Shown here: positions 62,236 to 64,000 of the stretch, in pieces
Layout of the letters: each line of letters starts with the position of its first letter
How positions within the stretch are numbered: the first letter of the stretch is position 1
Notes under the pieces: generated by a model
Told to the model about the DNA's origin: nothing
What the model saw: the letters and a program-made list of their open reading frames with translations, nothing else
Databases searched by the model: none
NCBI GenBank assembly: GCA_051362555.1
Contig: CM120644.1
Span: forward strand, 8,254,954-8,318,953
Origin: Lingula anatina
Taxonomy: Eukaryota; Animalia; Brachiopoda
Direction: 5' to 3'
DNA: 64,000 nucleotides
Translations under genes and position numbers: made by a program

Positions 62236-64000
62236 TTAATGCAAATTTTGCATGTTTTCAAATATCATATGAGTTGCTATAGATTTCCATTGTTTTTCCT
62301 GTATAGTTCGTTCCGTGGGCGCACGTATGAAGTTGATCAGCAGTTTTGGAAGTGCTGCAGCCGCCAGGGACGCAAATGACTTCCCAATTGTGGTCAAACG
62401 CTGGACTTGATTATAAGCATACAGTGCAAACATAATCACAACTACAATCAGAACTGAATGAAGAGAAAGGACTACAGCACGCACAAGTTGCCTCTTCAGA
62501 GGAAGAATCCGAGTGTATATTTGTATCCAAAGAGCCTTCTCCATTTTTCTGATCCCGCTAGCGTGCAGATAGGACGGTTGTTTTGGTGGGCGCTCAGTTT
62601 GAATACATCGGCTGTCTCGCGTGCTCCCGTTGGCTACTGAAGAATAGTTGGAGGAAGTGAGCTCTAAGAGACGTATGGTTTCAGCGTCCTCTCCTTTAGC
62701 AGTACCACTCGATGAATCATAGGAGTGTTTTGCTTCGCGGCATTCATCATAAGCCTTAAACACAATGGTCTTGAGTGTGCGATATTTCTCCTGCATGGAA
62801 TGAAATGGAAGATAGAGATAGTAGAGCCCCGAGACCATGAACACTAAATAGGGAAGGTTCTGATCGCTATTAATGACAAGACCAGCTACAGTAAAAGTGA
62901 TTATCCAGCATATTGTTGAGCACGTGTCAATCAAAAGCAAGACGAAATACAGGAAAGGAAATAAAGAAATAAATGCGTATGGAAGTTTCAGTCTTCTCAG
63001 CACTGGGATACAATCCATTTTGCTGAGTTGCATGCCGAGCATGACCAGAAACAAGAAGCCTACAGGCATAAAGGGCAAAATAAAGGGCATAAGCACTGAA
63101 TACAAGAAATTGGATTTAAAGGCTTTCTTCAAAATGCGGAAGAAAATGCGCGGTTCAAGGTGATATATTAGGGATGTCATGAGACAAATGTGACTTGGTG
63201 GAAACCCTGCATTTCGATTGGCTAAAAATGTGACACCGATGTCCTTGAAAAAAGCACCGGATGCCAGATTGCGGTAGGTGTGAACGGGTGTGACAAAGAC
63301 AACAAACACAAAGCTCCAGACCGTGAGTGCGACTGCGAAACCAAGATAACCCACCCAAGGTTGAATATCCAAGAGTATACAAGTATACGCTGATGATACA
63401 AGGCGTGAATATATCCAAGCCCAAGTAGATATCTGAAATAATTCTGTAAACGCACAATTACCCTCCCAAACAAATGGATACTGTATTAGGTTGGTCAATA
63501 CCAAAAAAGTTATCATTGCGTGAACCACCACAAAGGCCAACACCCTATATAGAATGGTGAGGCATCTGTTACCCTTTGGGGCAAAAAATAATTCGCTGAA
63601 AGGCGTCAAGTTGTTATAGTATTCAAATTGTTGCAGCTCTTCCTGGGCAACGTCGCTAAGATACACTGAATATCTTGACGGAACTGCCTTAAGTATCAAG
63701 AGAGGGAGATAGAAAAAGAGGGTTCCAGTAAAGAAAATTTGGACAATAAAAGCCACTGCATGCACGAGGTATGGTGTCCTCACGTAGTCAAGAGTCACAT
63801 TTTCCTTTGAGCGGTTATATAACATGTTTTGAGTACAGCCAGTGCGTCCTTCCAATGGAAGTGACAAATTTCTGAGGTATGACTTTACACACAGTTGCAA
63901 GTCTCCGTCATTTAATGATACGTCCGTCATTGCGTCTGAAATGCTACTCAATATGGCGGATGTTATGCAGTACAGACGGCATTCTAAATTTAAGTCTTTC
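62236..64000 (-). CDS. Uncharacterised multi-pass membrane protein (5' end outside the window)
   Basis: At least 587 open codons; the frame stays open to the right edge (KDLNLECRLYCITSAIL...). Cys-containing segment with NxS/T sites, then about 9-10 hydrophobic helices, with a long polar loop before the last two. Family not recognised. Confidence 0.85.
   Translation of the reverse strand, partial: KDLNLECRLYCITSAILSSISDAMTDVSLNDGDLQLCVKSYLRNLSLPLEGRTGCTQNMLYNRSKENVTLDYVRTPYLVHAVAFIVQIFFTGTLFFYLPLLILKAVPSRYSVYLSDVAQEELQQFEYYNNLTPFSELFFAPKGNRCLTILYRVLAFVVVHAMITFLVLTNLIQYPFVWEGNCAFTELFQISTWAWIYSRLVSSAYTCILLDIQPWVGYLGFAVALTVWSFVFVVFVTPVHTYRNLASGAFFKDIGVTFLANRNAGFPPSHICLMTSLIYHLEPRIFFRILKKAFKSNFLYSVLMPFILPFMPVGFLFLVMLGMQLSKMDCIPVLRRLKLPYAFISLFPFLYFVLLLIDTCSTICWIITFTVAGLVINSDQNLPYLVFMVSGLYYLYLPFHSMQEKYRTLKTIVFKAYDECREAKHSYDSSSGTAKGEDAETIRLLELTSSNYSSVANGSTRDSRCIQTERPPKQPSYLHASGIRKMEKALWIQIYTRILPLKRQLVRAVVLSLHSVLIVVVIMFALYAYNQVQRLTTIGKSFASLAAAALPKLLINFIRAPTERTIQEKQWKSIATHMIFENMQNLH

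Noticed and set aside
1-64000. CRISPR arrays, operons, rRNA/tRNA genes or prokaryotic defence systems
   Set aside because: The sequence is intron-containing animal DNA. No regularly spaced repeat-spacer array or structural RNA gene was recognised by eye.

Overview
AT-rich animal genomic DNA, probably a marine invertebrate; species not identifiable. It has GT-AG introns, microsatellites and DNA-transposon debris. All genes read on the minus strand, and exon boundaries were read by hand from splice sites and reading phase. From left to right: (1) a DEG/ENaC/ASIC-family channel, 8 coding exons visible, with its 3' end off the left edge; (2) a complete 6-exon SDR9C-type (retinol/steroid) dehydrogenase; (3) a ~42 kb tandem cluster of small secreted proteins made only of a signal peptide plus 2-3 mucin CysD-like WxxW domains; (4) an intronless carbohydrate sulfotransferase CDS lying inside a dead copy of that cluster; (5) the 3' part of a large multi-pass membrane protein. 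The cluster has four intact genes (called A, C, D, E here), a frameshifted copy (B), a wrecked copy (D') and three orphan last exons. It is the most interesting part of the window. It shows birth-and-death evolution with a base-resolvable duplication junction, exon-pair domain modularity, even cysteine counts kept across intact paralogs, cationic versus anionic paralogs, and a kB-like site just upstream of the TATA box in three copies. Function is inferred, not shown.
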